DNA from: an uncultured Gammaproteobacteria bacterium | GTDB lineage: Bacteria > Patescibacteriota > Microgenomatia > UBA1406 | Direction of reading: 5' to 3' | Assembly: GCA_964414145.1 (NCBI GenBank) | Contig: CAYPVH010000001.1 | Coordinates: forward strand, 156,851 to 220,850 | Length of the DNA stretch: 64,000 bases | Part shown: piece after piece, positions 61,298-64,000 of the stretch | Layout of the letters: each line of letters opens with the position of its first letter | How positions within the stretch are numbered: the first letter of the stretch is position 1 | Made by a program: the position numbers and the translations under genes | The notes under the pieces: generated by a model | What the model was told of the DNA's origin: nothing | The model's database searches: none | The model's input: the letters and a program-made list of their open reading frames with translations, nothing else

Positions 61298-62070
61298 TAG
61301 CTTTTAACTATTCTTAAAATTTTAAGCTGATTATTGGAAAGGATTAGCCTATTGTTAGACAGCTCATGAATATTACTCTCGTAAAGAGAAAGTAATAATA
61401 GAAAGGCTTTTTTAATATCTTCTTTATTTGTTTTGCAGTATGTTTGTTTAATTTGTTCAACTAAAGGTATATTGGCATGTTTTTCAAAATCAAATTCTCG
61501 GGTTAAGTTATATGAATGAATATAAATTTGAATCAGCATTTGCCTCATCTTATTAACAAAAAACTGGGCATTGATAAGCTCGTTTCTAAAAAGTGATATA
61601 GGTACATAAACAGACAGCTCCAAGAATTTATTACTTAACAAACTTAAGTCAACAGAATTTATTGTTTTCTTTGTTGCCGCCATAATTTCAGCCTTAGTTA
61701 AAGTACCGCACAGTATTTGCATTGAACTTAAAATTGCGTTTTTTGTGTCTTGTAGAGTGTGAAAACGAATACTTACTCTGTCTAGAGTGTCTAGTATAAT
61801 AACCTGCTCATTTTTATGTTCTTCAAACGAAGATAGTACTTGAAAACCGGCCTCCACCAGCGTTTTTTGTATGTGTTTAACTCTTTCCTGTATTACCTTG
61901 CTACTTACATCTTTTACTATTGCATCTAAATCTAGGTCTGAATATTTATCAAAATTACCTCTGGCTACCGAACCAAAAATAATAAAAGCTTGTAAATTAT
62001 TATCGTTACGGAATAGTTCGGTTAATGCTTTTAAAATTTTTTTGTGATTATTGTTTCCTGATATAAACAT
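61294..62070 (-). CDS. nucleotidyltransferase-domain protein (MNT/KNTase-like N-domain plus helical C-domain)
   Basis: IIFGSVARGNFDKYSDLDLDAIV. Met8 (ATG at 62070) lies 6 nt after TATACT (plus 62077-62082). Confidence 0.7.
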   Translation of the reverse strand: MFISGNNNHKKILKALTELFRNDNNLQAFIIFGSVARGNFDKYSDLDLDAIVKDVSSKVIQERVKHIQKTLVEAGFQVLSSFEEHKNEQVIILDTLDRVSIRFHTLQDTKNAILSSMQILCGTLTKAEIMAATKKTINSVDLSLLSNKFLELSVYVPISLFRNELINAQFFVNKMRQMLIQIYIHSYNLTREFDFEKHANIPLVEQIKQTYCKTNKEDIKKAFLLLLSLYESNIHELSNNRLILSNNQLKILRIVKSY

Positions 62071-62137
62071 AAGAAGAGTATAACAGACCATAAGTTGTTT
62101 AGTAGTTAATCATACTTATACCGGTTATAATATTTCT

Positions 62138-63001
62138 ATGTTGTTGCCAATTTCGTTAGCATTAATTACTTTTATTGGCTGGGGAACAGGCGACTTGTTT
62201 ACTATTGTAGCTACAAGAAAGATTGGGGCAACATTAACCACCTTTTGGGTTTTCTTTTTTAGTTTTTTACTTTCGCTTGTTGCCCTTTTTTTTGCTCCCC
62301 ATAACTTTACCTTAATAACCTTGCCGCTTTTAGCTTTTAATATTTTTTTAGGGATTCTTTTTGTGTCGGGCAACGTACTTATTAGTGAGGCGTTTAGAAT
62401 TTCAAGTGCCCCATTGGTTGGTATTATTATTCAGGCCTTTCCGGCAGTGGTTTTGGTTTTGTCTGCCCTAATTTATCAAGATTCTGTTTCAGCCTTGCAG
62501 TGGGCAGTAATAGCCGTTATTTTTATTGGTATCTTCCTTTGTAGTGTTGACCTAAAAAAATTAGCCAAATCAAAAAATATAATAGACAAAGGCACAGCTT
62601 TAGCCTTGGTGGCAATGGTTTTTTTGTCTATATTTTTTACTTTTTCAAGAGTGTTAATTAATCAATACGGTTGGTTTTTACCCAGCTTTATTGCAACTGC
62701 CTGTTTCCCCCTAATTCTTATTTTTATTAAAAAAAGAAAAGAAAAGTTAGTTTTTCCTAAAACAGGCAAAGTTGTTTTTTCTGTATTTATGGTGGGACTG
62801 CTTATTCGTGCCGGCGACTTTGCCCTAAATTATGGCTTATCTTTGCCAAAAGCCAGTAAATTGGTAGCGCCTATTGCTGGGGCATCTCCGGTTCTATTTG
62901 TAATACTGTCTGCCCTAATTTTCAAAGACAGGCTAACCAAACAACAAATTTTAGGGATTATTGTTACGCTAGTTGGGGTATTAATACTTGTTACTGTTTA
63001 A
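62138..63001 (+). CDS. DMT-superfamily (EamA) transporter
   Basis: 287 aa with 10 TM segments. Confidence 0.8.
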   Translation: MLLPISLALITFIGWGTGDLFTIVATRKIGATLTTFWVFFFSFLLSLVALFFAPHNFTLITLPLLAFNIFLGILFVSGNVLISEAFRISSAPLVGIIIQAFPAVVLVLSALIYQDSVSALQWAVIAVIFIGIFLCSVDLKKLAKSKNIIDKGTALALVAMVFLSIFFTFSRVLINQYGWFLPSFIATACFPLILIFIKKRKEKLVFPKTGKVVFSVFMVGLLIRAGDFALNYGLSLPKASKLVAPIAGASPVLFVILSALIFKDRLTKQQILGIIVTLVGVLILVTV

Positions 63002-63042
63002 CAATTAATTGCTTTGTATTTTATTTACGAAAATAAAGTGTT

Positions 63043-63612
63043 TCAGTTAATTATCTCTTCTATATCTGCATTAGCGCTCATTGCTTTAAATAATTCTAAT
63101 CTGGTAAGATAAGCAAGACCAAGATCATTCAAAACTCTTTTTCTGTGGCCGTACAGAATACTTAAAGAAGCACTGCCGCCAGAAGTTAAAAAAAGATTAG
63201 GGGATTTAGTTTGCAGATATGCCAATTTTTGGCCTTTTGCTGCGTTTTCAATATCTACAAATTGGGCTGGGCAAATACAGATTATCTCACCAGCTGAGTG
63301 GTCAAAGCCAAAAACATGTTCAGTTAAGCCTATGAGTTGCCAAAAAGCGCTAGGTTTGGCTGGATTATATGCGACAACATAGCCAACTTCGAGCGAAAAG
63401 CGCGTTAGTAATTCTATCCTGCTCAGGGCAGAGCAAAGCTGCATTTCTTCATATCTTCTGTTAGATAAGCTTAGGCAAGAAGCATCGGCGCCTTGCTGGT
63501 TGCATAATTTAATCGATCTTTGTCGATGATGTTCTATAGATGAAATTATCTGCATTACTTGTGTATCAAGCCACGCTTGTACTTCATTTTGATAAGTTAA
63601 AACTTCACTCAT
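63043..63612 (-). CDS. hypothetical soluble protein
   Basis: 189 aa with no motif recognised. TATAAT lies 8 nt upstream of the ATG. Confidence 0.5.
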   Translation of the reverse strand: MSEVLTYQNEVQAWLDTQVMQIISSIEHHRQRSIKLCNQQGADASCLSLSNRRYEEMQLCSALSRIELLTRFSLEVGYVVAYNPAKPSAFWQLIGLTEHVFGFDHSAGEIICICPAQFVDIENAAKGQKLAYLQTKSPNLFLTSGGSASLSILYGHRKRVLNDLGLAYLTRLELFKAMSANADIEEIIN

Positions 63613-63775
63613 AAAGCCTGATTATACTATAGGTTGTTAGAAAAGTGAAGCTGTGTTTAGCTTAGTGCTTCTTGCAACAGTTCGCTCCTCAATTTTAACA
63701 GATGAAATAATAATGTGACAGATTTGTATTAACATTAACAAAAATAAAAGTATACTTATTTAAGGGTAATACTTT

Positions 63776-64000
63776 ATGAACAAAAAAGTTACCGGAGGTA
63801 TTTTGGTTACACTCGGGTATCTTTTGTCCCCACTTTCTTGGTGGAACGATCTGTTTCTCAATATTCCCATCGCTTATGGCGTGGCTTTTTTGTTTAGCTT
63901 AATTTCTAAAAACCTTTTTGCCCCGGCAATGATCATTGCCTATTGGCTAACCAATATTACAGGGTTTATTTTAATGCATAAAGGGGCTAAAAAATTTATA
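63776..64000 (+). CDS. hypothetical membrane protein (partial; runs off window end)
   Basis: Absent from the ORF track. The ATG at 63776 opens 75 codons with no stop (MNKKVTGGILVTLGYLLSPLSWWNDLFLNIPIAYGVAFLF...), including at least two TM helices. Confidence 0.5.
   Translation, partial: MNKKVTGGILVTLGYLLSPLSWWNDLFLNIPIAYGVAFLFSLISKNLFAPAMIIAYWLTNITGFILMHKGAKKFI

Overview
AT-rich, gene-dense bacterial chromosome segment. Gene content suggests a reduced-genome Patescibacteria/CPR-type organism: DUF4012, small two-TM pilin-like paralogs, stand-alone GIY-YIG and four-helix-bundle genes, shortened aaRS, few biosynthetic genes. This is an inference only. All calls are by eye from motifs, with no database search. 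The window spans the replication origin: dnaA (6309-7634) and dnaN (7759-8865) are flanked by DnaA-box clusters, and gene orientation switches from minus (DUF4012, spoIID-like, secF, secD) to plus at about 6.2 kb. Housekeeping genes recognised: recA, comF, rny, hup, rpsA, uppS, dprA, miaA, alaS, rlmN, rpe, rpiB, metG, hsp20 and one tRNA-Ser(GGA). No rRNA, CRISPR array, transposase or integrase was seen. The strongest candidates for something new: (1) a duplicated TasA-like subunit plus SipW-type signal peptidase locus (35.0-37.4 kb); (2) five paralogous VirB2/TrbC-like pilin genes in two clusters (17.4-20.7 kb and 24.7-25.8 kb) with no secretion ATPase nearby; (3) a repeated promoter geometry in which a TATAAT-like hexamer ends 6-9 nt before the start codon of about 30 genes with no Shine-Dalgarno, implying mostly leaderless translation; (4) a DNPH1-like/RHH fusion converging on an ADP-ribosylglycohydrolase operon (32.6-34.9 kb); (5) a dispersed family of GC-rich hairpin modules and direct or inverted repeats that frame single-gene cassettes (GIY-YIG, four-helix-bundle, glycoside hydrolase). 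Two edge-truncated CDS are missing from the supplied ORF track.
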